DNA of 64,000 nucleotides, from the NCBI GenBank assembly GCA_038329965.1, contig JBBQNN010000006.1, positions 26,357 through 90,356 of the forward strand. The letters are read 5' to 3'. The stretch comes from Mycobacteriales bacterium. GTDB taxonomy: Bacteria > Actinomycetota > Actinomycetes > Mycobacteriales > QHCA01. Below the pieces are notes generated by a model. That model searched no databases. It was given only the letters and a program-made list of their open reading frames with translations, and had not been told where the DNA came from. Shown piece after piece: positions 46,360 through 56,116 of the stretch. Both the position numbers and the translations under genes were made by a program. The first letter of the stretch is position 1, and each line of letters starts with the position of its first letter.

Positions 46360-46734
46360 ATGATTTCCCAAACCCCAAGTGAGTTCTCCCGGCAGTACCT
46401 CGAGACCTGGACCGAGCCGGACCCGGAACGACGGCGCGCGAACCTCGAGCGGATGTGGTCAGCGGATGGCCGCATGGTGGTCTCGTCCATCGGCGTGACC
46501 CCTTGCGGCATCGACGAGATCGCCGCGCACATCGCGCGTGTGCACGAGCAGAACATCGCCGGGCGAGGGCTGCGCTTCGTTTACGACCAGGACGTCGAGG
46601 CGGACGACGCGCTGCTGTTGCGCTGGTCGATGCTCGCGTCCGATGACAGCGCCGTCGGCCGCGGCGTCGACGTGGTGTTCCGCGATGCCGACGGCCGAGT
46701 GCAGACCGTCTACATGTTCATGGGCATCGACTGA
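46360..46734 (+). CDS. SnoaL-like / NTF2-fold protein
   Basis: 124 aa. YLETWTEPDPERRRANLERMWSADG pattern. Confidence 0.75.
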   Translation: MISQTPSEFSRQYLETWTEPDPERRRANLERMWSADGRMVVSSIGVTPCGIDEIAAHIARVHEQNIAGRGLRFVYDQDVEADDALLLRWSMLASDDSAVGRGVDVVFRDADGRVQTVYMFMGID

Positions 46735-46764
46735 ACCTGATCGACATCCAGAAAGGCAATCGTC

Positions 46765-47553
46765 ATGGATCTCCATCTCGCCGGCAAGACCGCCGTCGTG
46801 ACCGGAGCCAGCCGCGGCATCGGCTTGGCCGTCACCGAGGCATTCACGAAGGAAGGGGTGCGTGTGGTTGGAGCCGCGCGCACGGTGACCCCGGAGCTGA
46901 ACGCATCGGCTGCCGTGGTCGTTTCCGCCGATCTGTCCACCCGTGGAGGAACCGAGGCCGTCGTCGCGGCCGCGATGACGGAACTGGGCGGCGTCGACAT
47001 TCTCGTGAACAACGTCGGCGCCGGCGATGCCAACAGTCTGAGCCTGGCTGGCTTCCTCGACGTCGATGACGAGCAGTGGCACCGTCTGTTCGACCTCAAC
47101 CTGTTCAGCGCGGTCTGGACAACCCGCGCGGCGCTACCAAGCCTGCTCGCCCGGGGTGGCGTCATCGTGAACATCTCCTCGATCAACTCCCGAGTACCCG
47201 CAACCGGTCCCGTCGGCTACAGCGAGGCCAAGGCAGCCTTGACTGCGTTCGGCAAGAGATTGAGCGAGGAGTTCGGACCCCAGGGGGTACGCGTCAATAC
47301 CGTGTCGCCCGGAGTGGTCGGCACCGCATTGTGGCGCGGCCCAGACGGCATCGGCGCTCAACTCGCGGCCACCCACGGACTCGGCCAGGAGGAGTTCCTG
47401 TCGGCGCTCCCCGAGCAGTTCGGGATGGCCTCGCCGAGGATTACCGAGCCCGAAGAAGTCGCCGCACTTGTCACCTTCATCGTCTCCGCTGCCGCGACCA
47501 ACATCGTCGGCTCCGACATCGTGATCGACGGCGGCACCATCAAGACGTCCTGA
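46765..47553 (+). CDS. SDR oxidoreductase (FabG-like)
   Basis: GKTAVVTGASRGIGLA, NNVG, YSEAK, IVIDGG. Confidence 0.9.
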   Translation: MDLHLAGKTAVVTGASRGIGLAVTEAFTKEGVRVVGAARTVTPELNASAAVVVSADLSTRGGTEAVVAAAMTELGGVDILVNNVGAGDANSLSLAGFLDVDDEQWHRLFDLNLFSAVWTTRAALPSLLARGGVIVNISSINSRVPATGPVGYSEAKAALTAFGKRLSEEFGPQGVRVNTVSPGVVGTALWRGPDGIGAQLAATHGLGQEEFLSALPEQFGMASPRITEPEEVAALVTFIVSAAATNIVGSDIVIDGGTIKTS

Positions 47554-47792
47554 CCCAGACGAGCGACGGATCGGCGGACGTCGGCCTGGACGGGTGTCCG
47601 TAAGCCGATCGAAGGATCCCCTATCAGCGCTCGCCTACGTTGACGGGTCGGCGGAGGAAGGCGACGATTCGCTCGATGGCGGGTGCGTGGTCAGCGACCA
47701 TTTGGGCCGGGCCGGGCCGGGTGGGTGCGGTGTCGGGATCGGTCAACGATGACTCGACTCGCCCGATCGGCGCAGCTCAAAGGAACTGGCCA

Positions 47793-48128
47793 TCACGGGG
47801 CGTGGCGTGCCGGATGTGGCTGGACTACCGCGTCAGATGGCGGGACCTCATCGTTGGTCCGTTCTGGTTCGCGGGTCTGCGGCCGGTTGATCACTCGGCG
47901 GGTGACGGCCACATTCACCATCGGCATCACCAGGTTTCCCATCAGTGGGACGAGCAAGCCAGTGAAAACCAGTGCGTTGAGCGTGGGCGGAAGCGATTCC
48001 AGCTTGTGACCCAAGAAGACCAGCAGCGCGAGCACGATCAGGTACGCGACAGCCCACGCCGCCAGCGTCGTGGCCACCCGCACCCGAATCCGTTGAGCTC
48101 GGGACAGAACGTTCAGATTCTCACTCAC
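47793..48128 (-). CDS. small membrane protein
   Basis: GTG start at VSENLNV. Two or three TM helices. Divergent from the LysR gene. Start uncertain. Confidence 0.5.
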   Translation of the reverse strand: MSENLNVLSRAQRIRVRVATTLAAWAVAYLIVLALLVFLGHKLESLPPTLNALVFTGLLVPLMGNLVMPMVNVAVTRRVINRPQTREPERTNDEVPPSDAVVQPHPARHAP

Positions 48129-48267
48129 GTGGTGTCTCCAAGCCCGCCGGATAGCTGAGGCCGACCTCACGATCAATAGCTTCAGGCCAAGGTAGGCTGC
48201 CAAGCTGCGATAAGGCAAAGACGGAGTTGTTATGCTCATCAGAGCGATCGGTTATGGGAGGTCGAAC

Positions 48268-49149
48268 ATGGATCTGAGGCAGCTGTCCTACTTCGTGGCC
48301 GTGGCCGAGGAGGGGCAAGTCACCCGTGCCGCCGCCAGAGTCTCGGTGGCACAACCCGCGGTGAGCGCGCAGATCCGCCACCTGGAGCGCGAAGTCGGGG
48401 AGACCCTGTTTCACCGCGATCCCCGCGGTGTCAGCCTCACCGCCGCCGGTGAGGCCTTGTTACCCCACGCCCGGGCGGCCCTCGCTGCCGCCGAGCGCGG
48501 CCGCGCCACGATCATGTCCTTGCGCGGCATGCTGCACGGGCGACTGCGCATCGGCGTGTCGCGCCCAGTGGATCCTCGCCTGGCCGAAACCCTCGGCGAA
48601 TTCCACCGCGCCCACCCCGCGATCGAAATAGTACTGGCCGAGCAACACAACGAACGCCTGCTCGAGGCGCTCACCGACGGAGACATCGACGCCGCGCTGA
48701 TCGGCATCCATGACCAGCCACTGCCCGCCCAGATCCGCATCCGGAATATCGGAACCGAACCGCTGGTGCTCGCCACGCCCCGCGCCCACCCGCTCGCCGG
48801 CCGCAAGAGCATCACCGTGGCGCAGCTGCGCGAGGAACCGATCATCACCCTCACCCGCGGCAGCGGTCTGCGCACCGTGCTCGACGACGCATGCCGAAGC
48901 GCCGGATTCGCCCCCCGCATCACCGCCGAGACCAGCGAACTCGCCTCGCTGGTCGAGCTCACCACCGCCGGACTCGGCGTCGCCGTGCTACCGCGCTCCG
49001 CGCTCGGCCAGGCCGACCTCGCCATCCTCCAGATAACCCGCCCACGCCTGCACCGACGCACCGCACTGGCCTGGAACCAAGCAACCACCACGCCCGCGGG
49101 CCGTGCCTTCCTCACCCTCGCCGCCAAACACTTCTCCACTGCTCGGTGA
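48268..49149 (+). CDS. LysR-family transcriptional regulator
   Basis: Start at MDLRQLSYFVAVAEEGQVTRAAARVSVAQPAVSAQIRHLE with GGGAGG upstream. Confidence 0.9.
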   Translation: MDLRQLSYFVAVAEEGQVTRAAARVSVAQPAVSAQIRHLEREVGETLFHRDPRGVSLTAAGEALLPHARAALAAAERGRATIMSLRGMLHGRLRIGVSRPVDPRLAETLGEFHRAHPAIEIVLAEQHNERLLEALTDGDIDAALIGIHDQPLPAQIRIRNIGTEPLVLATPRAHPLAGRKSITVAQLREEPIITLTRGSGLRTVLDDACRSAGFAPRITAETSELASLVELTTAGLGVAVLPRSALGQADLAILQITRPRLHRRTALAWNQATTTPAGRAFLTLAAKHFSTAR

Positions 49150-49259
49150 CCCTCGATCAGAAGGGGAGCAACCGCAGCCCTGGGTCCCCAACCACGAGAC
49201 GTGCGGACAAATCGGGCAGCCGTGTCGCGGAGCCTACTAGTGATCAACCGCGCCCCGGG

Positions 49260-49820
49260 TCACCGGTCAGCCGACTCCTCACCGACCACAGCGCCCGTAA
49301 CGGCCTGCGGGGCGTCAACGCCCGCACCAGGAGAAACCCCGAGTCCAATGCGATAGACGAGTTTGCCGCCCAAGGCACCGCCGGCCACCGTTAGCACCAA
49401 CAAGACCACGGTGACCACCAAGACAGCTGCAGGCGTGTGCCGTGCATCCCCGTAGCCCTGCCGGCGCAGCAAGATATCCGCGACCGCAACGACGCCGACC
49501 GCGGCCATCAACAAGGCGTGTACGTTGACCTTCGAGCGAGCCTCGCTGCCCGCGCTCGTCGTCCGAGACCGATCAGCCAAGCCGGTGGCGATCGCAACAA
49601 TCAACACCGCGGTACCGATCATCAGGGCAAACGTTCCCGCCCGGTACACCTCCCGCGCCCACGTATGGCCCGATCCGGCAGCCGAGGCCACATCCAGCAC
49701 CGCGGTGATAGCCATCGCCCCGATCGGGACATCGGTGAGCGGAGGATGCACCGGTGTGCCCAGCAATCGCGCCGACGAACCTGATCCCTGATCCACCATC
49801 GCGTTCTCCTCGTGGTCCAC
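49260..49820 (-). CDS. DUF2231-like membrane protein
   Basis: HPPLTDVPIGAMAI motif and four TM segments. Confidence 0.7.
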   Translation of the reverse strand: MDHEENAMVDQGSGSSARLLGTPVHPPLTDVPIGAMAITAVLDVASAAGSGHTWAREVYRAGTFALMIGTAVLIVAIATGLADRSRTTSAGSEARSKVNVHALLMAAVGVVAVADILLRRQGYGDARHTPAAVLVVTVVLLVLTVAGGALGGKLVYRIGLGVSPGAGVDAPQAVTGAVVGEESADR

Positions 49821-50555
49821 GCCAGTCCGCCATAACTACTGTGGCCATCACCAGGTGCAAAAGTCCAAGACCTAGCCGATCTCATACCCAGAAGGAACGC
49901 TTATGTCGTCGTCCTAGACGACGTTGAGCCGGCCCTCTACACGCGGTAGCCGCAGCTCCTCAGTTCTAGCCAGCCGAGGGCTGGCCGCGAACCGGTCAGC
50001 CGCGTACTCACTGCGTCTGCTCACCGCGGCATCAGCCAGCGGACACGCCACCGTGCACACCGCAACCGCGCTCAACACCACCGCGACGGCCCAGTGGCGC
50101 TGCTGGATCGCCCGGACGACGGCAACCACCACCCCGGCCGCCATGACAAGCGCGAGGAGGCGCATGGCTGCCGCCGACCGACAGTCGCCAACCCGACCCC
50201 GGTCACGAATCGCGACGCGGCCCGCCACCGGATGGCCAGCCAACCCCGTCACGGTAGAGCCACATCGGGTTGACATCGCCACCCAACTCTTATCTACACC
50301 AGTGGCTGTCCCGGCGATGGACCGACCGTCCCGTACGACGCACCCGAGTGAAATTTCTGTGCGGGCGGGTCAACTGGAACTGCCCTTGCCGCCCCGGGCT
50401 TGGCGCGGGGCTTGCGCCTTGCGGCGTGTCAGGACACCTTCCTTACGCGGGCGCCTGCCCGGTCACGGGTCGTCCAGCGGCACGCAAGGTTCGGGGCCGT
50501 GTGGTCTCCCGCCTTATCGCGCTGCCGTCACGACCACGCAGTCCTGAGAGCGTCG

Positions 50556-51194
50556 CTAGTCCTTGCGGCCGCTGATAGCCAGGCCAGCTCCGATACCAAT
50601 CATCGCTAGGCCTCCCGCGCCGCCAATCGCAGCCAGCCGTTGTGGACGGCGGGCGAACCAATTCCGTGCGGTGCCGGCGATGAACGCCCATGCGCTATTG
50701 GACAGCAACGCGATTGCCGGGAACAGTGCCCCTACGATCAGCAACTGGATCGGCAACTCACCCGCGCCAGAATCGACGAAATGCGGCAGCGCGACGACGA
50801 AGAAGATGACCGTCTTTGGGTTGGCCACGCCGACCGCAAAACCGTCGAGAACCGCGCGCCGGCCAGGAGCTGCCGCCACCGGCACGGTCGCGGACACGCT
50901 GAGACCGTGCCGGTGGCGGATCGCTTGCACCCCCAGGTAGATCAGATATGCGGCACCCACCAGCTTGATCACGTTGAAGGCATACACCGACCGAGCGACC
51001 AACGTTCCAATCCCGATGGCCACCGCGACGACCTGTGCGTACACGCCCATCGAGTTGCCCACCACGGTCAACAGCGCGGTTCGCCGACCCGCACCCAGAG
51101 CCCGGCTGATGGTGAACAGGACGCTGGGGCCGGGCACGGCGATCAAGATGAGCGACGTCAGAGCAAACGCCATCAAGTGGCTCGTAGACACCAT
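50556..51194 (-). CDS. LysE/RhtB-family amino-acid exporter
   Basis: FALTSLILIAVPGPSVLFTISRAL start. Six TM segments. 212 aa. Confidence 0.9.
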   Translation of the reverse strand: MVSTSHLMAFALTSLILIAVPGPSVLFTISRALGAGRRTALLTVVGNSMGVYAQVVAVAIGIGTLVARSVYAFNVIKLVGAAYLIYLGVQAIRHRHGLSVSATVPVAAAPGRRAVLDGFAVGVANPKTVIFFVVALPHFVDSGAGELPIQLLIVGALFPAIALLSNSAWAFIAGTARNWFARRPQRLAAIGGAGGLAMIGIGAGLAISGRKD

Positions 51195-51486
51195 GCCACA
51201 AAGCTAACCCAGGTGCCGTCGCAGTGATGGTTGGTGTCGTTGGCGACGAAGTCCCGCAGCGCGCATCGACCGCCGACAGTTCGCTCGGTGATCATGCTCG
51301 TCTCGTCGGGCGCCCTCCCCCGGCGCTCGTCGGGTGCCGCCGGTACCGGGAATCGATCCGCTTGCGAGAACTCAAGCTAGGCGGCCCTTGGACGGCCGAG
51401 TCGTCGCCGTAAGCAGTTCCATTGGTGAACATCCCTCCCCAGCCTGGTTCGTCAGGTCGCCGGCCGTCGCCCCGCTCTGCCACCGC

Positions 51487-51882
51487 CCCGTTGTCGACCC
51501 CGAAGAGGCCGACTACCGAGCCGAAGCGGCCGCGGCGCGAGAAGCTATGCGATTGATGTCACCCGAGGATTACCTGCGCGAGGTCGACCATCAGCTCGGC
51601 CAGATCCTGAGGCCCACCGGGTTCGACCCGGATGCAATCATTGCGACGGTGATCGTGAACCGCTGGCCCCACACCTACTCGCCGACCCTCAACACCCTTA
51701 CCGACGATTCGGTCAGCTACGCCAGCGAGATGCTCCTATCACGACAACCCTTCGGTCGCATCGCGATCGCCAGCGTCGATTCGCATCGCTTCGGCTGGGC
51801 ACAGGCCGCCGTGGACGCGGTAGAACGAGCCGCAAATGAGTTGCCTAGCGGTGGCCGCCAGATGCGATTCGACGAGCACTAG
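51487..51882 (+). pseudogene. C-terminal fragment of an FAD-dependent amine-oxidase/spermidine-dehydrogenase-like gene
   Basis: ...VNRWPHTYSP...GRIAIASVDSHRFGWAQAAVDAVERAANEL reads like the C-terminus only. No N-terminal FAD-binding part is present. Confidence 0.4.
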
Positions 51883-51978
51883 GTCGCCGGCACCTAGCCT
51901 GTCCATTGAAGGATCCGCGTACGGAACGGCGGATTGGCTCGACATGTCGTAGCCGGGTCTCTCCGTGCCGTCGTTGGG

Positions 51979-52356
51979 TTACGCGTCCAGGAAGCTCACC
52001 AGCTGGCGGATAAACGCGTCGGGCTCTGTCGCGTGCACGAAATGACCAGCGTCGACGGTGACCATGCGACCGTCAGGAAGGAGGCGGACCAGGTCGTCGA
52101 TCTGTTTCTGCGGGATAGGGCTGCGTGGGCCGCCGGCCACCGCCAGGGTGAGAGCTGTGATCGACGCGACCACGCCGGCCCAGCCAGGGTCGAAGTTGTC
52201 GATCTCTGGGCGCACCTGCTCGACGACACGCCAGTCGAACGGCAGGACGCCTTTGGGCTTGGCCGGCGGATCGGCTGGACGGGGCTTGAGCGGCCCGACG
52301 TCTTCGAGCACAAGCCGGCGCACCGTCACCCCGAACATGACCAAGGCCATGGCCAA
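51979..52356 (-). pseudogene. alpha/beta-hydrolase gene lacking its N-terminal (nucleophile) half
   Basis: VRRLVLEDVGP...LLPDGRMVTVDAGHFVHATEPDAFIRQLVSFLDA*. No GxSxG segment upstream. Confidence 0.5.
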
Positions 52357-52777
52357 TAGCCCCGCCCTGCTGCAGGGTTACCTCGACCTGTCCGGCGCGT
52401 TGAACGGCGGCAAGCTGGACCCCGCGACCCGGGAAAAGATCGCCCTGGCCGTCGCGCAGGACAACGCCTGCTCCTACTGCCTGTCCGCGCACGCCTACCC
52501 CGCCGAACACGTGGCGAAGATCGACCCCGCAGACATCGCCGCCGCGCGTAAGTCCGCCTCCACCGACGCCAAGACCGCAGCGATCCTGGGCTTGGCCACC
52601 GCGGTCAACAACGGCCGCGGGGACATCGGCGGCGCCGAGTTCGACGCCGTACGCGCGGCCGGGGCCACCGACGAGGAGATCGCCGAGACGATCGGCCACG
52701 TCGCCCTCAACGTGCTGACCAACTACTTCAACAAGTCCGCGGGCGTCGAGATCGACTTCCCCGTCGTCGCGGCATAA
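52337..52777 (+). CDS. carboxymuconolactone-decarboxylase/AhpD-family protein (possibly N-terminally shortened)
   Basis: [21 protein letters not shown] (CxxC) core. First usable ATG is at 52337. Confidence 0.7.
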   Translation: MTKAMANSPALLQGYLDLSGALNGGKLDPATREKIALAVAQDNACSYCLSAHAYPAEHVAKIDPADIAAARKSASTDAKTAAILGLATAVNNGRGDIGGAEFDAVRAAGATDEEIAETIGHVALNVLTNYFNKSAGVEIDFPVVAA

Positions 52778-52781
52778 GGCC

Positions 52782-53270
52782 GTGGCCGACCAGCCCGCGG
52801 CCCGGCCGCCGCTCCCGCCCCGGCCGCCGCTCCCGCCCTTCGACGAGGTGGGAGCGCTTGCGAAGGTCCAGGCCGCTGAGGACGCCTGGAACAGCCGCGA
52901 CCCCGAAAGGGTCGCCGCCGCGTACACACCGGACTCCCGGTGGCGCAACCGCACCGAGTTCATCACCGGCCGGCGGGAGATCGTCGCGTTTCTGACCGGC
53001 AAGTGGGAACGCGAGCAGGACTACGCACTCCGCAAGAGCCTCTGGGGATTCCGCGGCAACCGCATCGCCGTCCGCTTCCACTACGAATGGCACAACGACA
53101 GCGGCCAGTGGTGGCGCAGCTACGGCAACGAGACGTGGGAGTTCGACGACCGCGGCTTCATGAGCCGCCGCGAGGCCAGCATCAACGACCTGCCCATCGA
53201 AGAGACGCACCGCCGCATATTCGGTCCACGTCCACCGCAGGACCGAGACCACGTCATCCCGCTGCAATAG
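52782..53270 (+). CDS. DUF1348 (NTF2-fold) protein
   Basis: [30 protein letters not shown]...[18 protein letters not shown]-terminus carries an 18-bp tandem duplication. Confidence 0.8.
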   Translation: MADQPAARPPLPPRPPLPPFDEVGALAKVQAAEDAWNSRDPERVAAAYTPDSRWRNRTEFITGRREIVAFLTGKWEREQDYALRKSLWGFRGNRIAVRFHYEWHNDSGQWWRSYGNETWEFDDRGFMSRREASINDLPIEETHRRIFGPRPPQDRDHVIPLQ

Positions 53271-53329
53271 CCAAGCCCCTACCCGAGGCGCGACGGACGG
53301 AGCCCACCGTGCACGCACAGGCGCTGTGT

Positions 53330-53535
53330 CGGTATCCGGTCAAGTCCGCCGACCGCGCAGGCGATCAGCTCGTCATCACCAAGCTCGACCGGCTCGGCCG
53401 CTCCCTCGAGCACCTCATCGAACTGTCCAAACTCCTGCGGACCCGCGGCGTGGACCTCGTCGTCATCGACCAGGGCATCGACACCGCTACCGCAGTCGGC
53501 CGGCTGTTCTTCCAGATCCTCGGCTCCGCAGCGGA
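53330..53535 (+). pseudogene. serine-recombinase (resolvase/invertase) internal fragment
   Basis: GDQLVITKLDRLGRSLEHLIELSKLLRTRGVDLVVIDQGIDTATAVGRLFFQILGSAA. The catalytic N-terminus and HTH C-terminus are absent. Confidence 0.6.
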
Positions 53536-53599
53536 TTGCGTGCAACGACCTACCGCGGCATCGCCGCCACGCTGCTTCGTTCTTAGCGAGCCTGGACCC

Positions 53600-54682
53600 C
53601 CTCGGCAAGGGCTGCGCCGAACCGCACACCCAGGCAGGACCGTCGGTGAGGAAGCTGACGATGCGGTAGGCGGCTTGCTCGACGAGGTCGGGTTCGGTGG
53701 CAAAGTTGAATCGCACAAAGCCTTCACCGCCGCGCCCGTGCCCGGGACCCGGTTGGGTCGCGACCCGATGGCGGTCGAGCAGCGGCTGGGCGGGATCCGC
53801 GTGTCCTGCCCGGAAGGGTCCAGCCAGGCGAGGTAGGTGCCTTGTGGCGGCGTCCAGATGTCGTGCACACCGGCGCCATCGAAGATGCGTCCGAGGGTGG
53901 CTCGTTGATCGGTGAGGTACTCGAGGGTGATCGCGAGCCACGCCTTGCCGTCCTGGAAGGCGGCAGCGGAGGCGGCGATGCCCAGAGGGCTGATGCCGGC
54001 GGTGGCTGCATCGGGCAGAGTTGCCCACGCAGCATGAAGCGTGGGATTCGTCACGGCGATGAATCCGAGGCACAATCCCGGGATGTTCCAGGCCTTGCTC
54101 GCGCCGAACAACGTTACCGAGTGGTGTCGGGTGCGCTCATCGATCTCCGCGTAGGGGGTGAATGCGACGCCGTATCGCAGCGGGGCGTGGATCTCGTCGC
54201 TGATGACGAACGCTCGAGATCCAGGACGTAGCCATCTCCGGTGCGCAGCATCGGGGTCTCGACGACTTGGTGCCCGGCGTCCTGGAGTCCTGGGGTCCAC
54301 CGAAAAAGCTGCGGTACGTAGGCGTGGGCACTACCGCCGGGCTGGCTTCCGGCGTGTAGAGGCGCGGGCTGTTCGAGATACCGCGCATCAACTGCGGAAG
54401 CAGATGGATTGCCTCGAGCTCCGTGCTCAGGCCGAGAGTGTCGGCCAACCACTTCGTCGCGATCTCGGGAAGGGCGGAACGAACGCCGGGGATCGGATAA
54501 CCGAAGGACTGTCGCTGCGCCGCGTCGCTGACCGCGTCGAGAACCGGTTGAGCGACCGGTAGGTCCATCTCCGCGACGGTGAGATCGATGACGTCTTCGT
54601 CGTACACCGGCCAACGCTTGGTCGCGCGGCCGCGGGAGCGGCCAAGATCCCAGTCGAGCGAGGGTGAGCGCCCATGCGTCAC
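53600..54682 (-). pseudogene. PatB/MalY-type class I/II aminotransferase (C-S lyase), at least 3 frameshifts
   Basis: The GTG start overlaps the isochorismatase stop (GTGA). Pieces in three frames: LDWDLGRSRGRATKRWPVYDEDVIDLTVAEMDL; VISDEIHAPLRYG...TLFGASKAWNIPGL; GEGFVRFNFATEPDLVEQAAYRIVSFL. Confidence 0.65.
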
Positions 54683-55221
54683 GCGGGTTGCTGAGCCTCG
54701 AGCGCATCGACGAGTTCCGCCGCCGTACATACCGTGCCGAGGCGGGGAAGCACGTAGCCGACAGCGAACTCGTGAGCCTCGGCGTCGAGTCCGCTCATCG
54801 CGTCCACCGGGTAGACCGTCGCGTAGCCAAGATCGTCAGCGACACGAGCAGTCGATTCGACACCCCAGTTCGTGACCAGCCCCGCGATCACGACGGTCTC
54901 GATTCCGCGGCGTCGTAGTTGCTCGTCCAGCTGGGTGGTTGCGAAGGCGCCGACGCTGCGCTTGACGAGCACGAGGTCATCCGGCCCGGGGTCGCACTCG
55001 GGGGCCAGCTCGCTACCAGGAGGTTGATCCACCAGGTTAGGTCGTTCCACGCGGACGAACACCACGAGCCCACCGGCCGCGCGCATCCGCTCGGCAAGCA
55101 TGGTGCACCGCGACAGAACCTGATCGCCGGTGTTGGGTCGTGTGTCGAGCGAAATGATGCGCGGCATCAGATCGATCAGGACGAGTGCGGTCCTTCGCGG
55201 CTTGATGCTGATCGTGGTCAC
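54679..55221 (-). CDS. isochorismatase-family hydrolase (Gly at the usual nucleophile Cys position)
   Basis: ALVLIDLM (Asp), VLVKRSVGAF (Lys), IAGLVTNWGVESTARVA where family members such as PncA have Cys. Confidence 0.85.
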   Translation of the reverse strand: MTTISIKPRRTALVLIDLMPRIISLDTRPNTGDQVLSRCTMLAERMRAAGGLVVFVRVERPNLVDQPPGSELAPECDPGPDDLVLVKRSVGAFATTQLDEQLRRRGIETVVIAGLVTNWGVESTARVADDLGYATVYPVDAMSGLDAEAHEFAVGYVLPRLGTVCTAAELVDALEAQQPA

Positions 55222-56116
55222 GACTCCGGAGCGTACGCACCGGGTCCGACATCAAATCCGGGACGATCGGGTTAGGGCGGCCTCGGCCTCGGCGGCGATT
55301 CGTTCGACGATCCGCGCGGCCGGCCCGATCGTATGCACGAGTCTTACCGACTGCCCGGCGTACAGGGCGAGCCCTTCGAGATCGCCGGCCATGCTCTGCA
55401 GGCCGTCATGGGCGGCGGCACCAAGATCGCACCACCCTGGACGCCTGTGACGAGCTGGTCGCTCGTTGGTGTTGAGGGTAGCTGGCTGGGTCAGTGGCGG
55501 GCGCTGGTACGGGCCGGCATGCCCACGCGTCAAGGGCGCTGCGCGTCCCTTCGGGACCGGTCTGCGGCCGGCTCTTGACCCGCGGGACCTCCGACCCTGG
55601 GCCGGGAACTGCGGGCAGAGCCACGGCCCTGCCCGTCTTACGCCGGTGTCGAGGATGATCCCCGAAACACCTACTCACCGCCGAAGACCCCCTCCCCGAC
55701 GACCTCAAGACCGCCCTCGCGCTCATCAACTGACGTGGGATGCGCACTAGGTTGGCCGAAGTCGGGTCTCAGCAGCGTCTTCCCCATCGGCATGGCCGTT
55801 GACGACTCACGACAGCGCCCCTGATCGGGCGACGCCCGCTGGTTCCCATCGCGGCGATGCTCACAGCGGCTGGTTCGCTGCTCGTCGCCGTCGGCACCAC
55901 CACGACGCCTGTCACCATCGGGCTGGTCGTGGCCGGGCTCGGCGTCGTTGGGCGGCCAGCGGGACCCACGTCCCCTGCCGGAGCTCGATCGGCTGGCCCG
56001 TACCGATGATGCGATGGTGCCAGGCTGGTGGTCGGTGCGAGCCGAGGCGAGCAAGGCGATCCGCCTGATACGGCAGGCGATCGACGACGAGTAGTCGCCG
56101 GCGACCGGATCCTTTG

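Noticed and set aside
48156-48169. TGAGG-ccga-CCTCA dyad and flanking ATAGCT direct repeats in the LysR divergent region. Considered as a LysR box.
   Set aside because: The geometry is T-N12-A rather than the classical T-N11-A, and there is no supporting conservation data. Left uncalled.
49914-50282. 122-aa minus ORF with one TM segment and SRRSEYAADRFAA (faintly M48/M56-peptidase-like C-terminus).
   Set aside because: It has no HEXXH, its N-terminal half has odd composition, and it could be a remnant or spurious. There is not enough support to call it.
55252-56116. Small ORFs left of the IS. One is 55252-55533 - (…AGQSVRLVHTIGPAARIVERIAAEAEAAL). The other is a + strand membrane-like reading at ~55830-56094 that needs a frameshift (…LVPIAAMLTAAGSLLVAVGTTTTPVTIGLVVAGLGVVG / PELDRLARTDDAMVPGWWSVRAEASKAIRLIRQAIDDE*).
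   Set aside because: Fragmentary, no recognisable family, and frames are broken. I mention them only as part of the decay belt.
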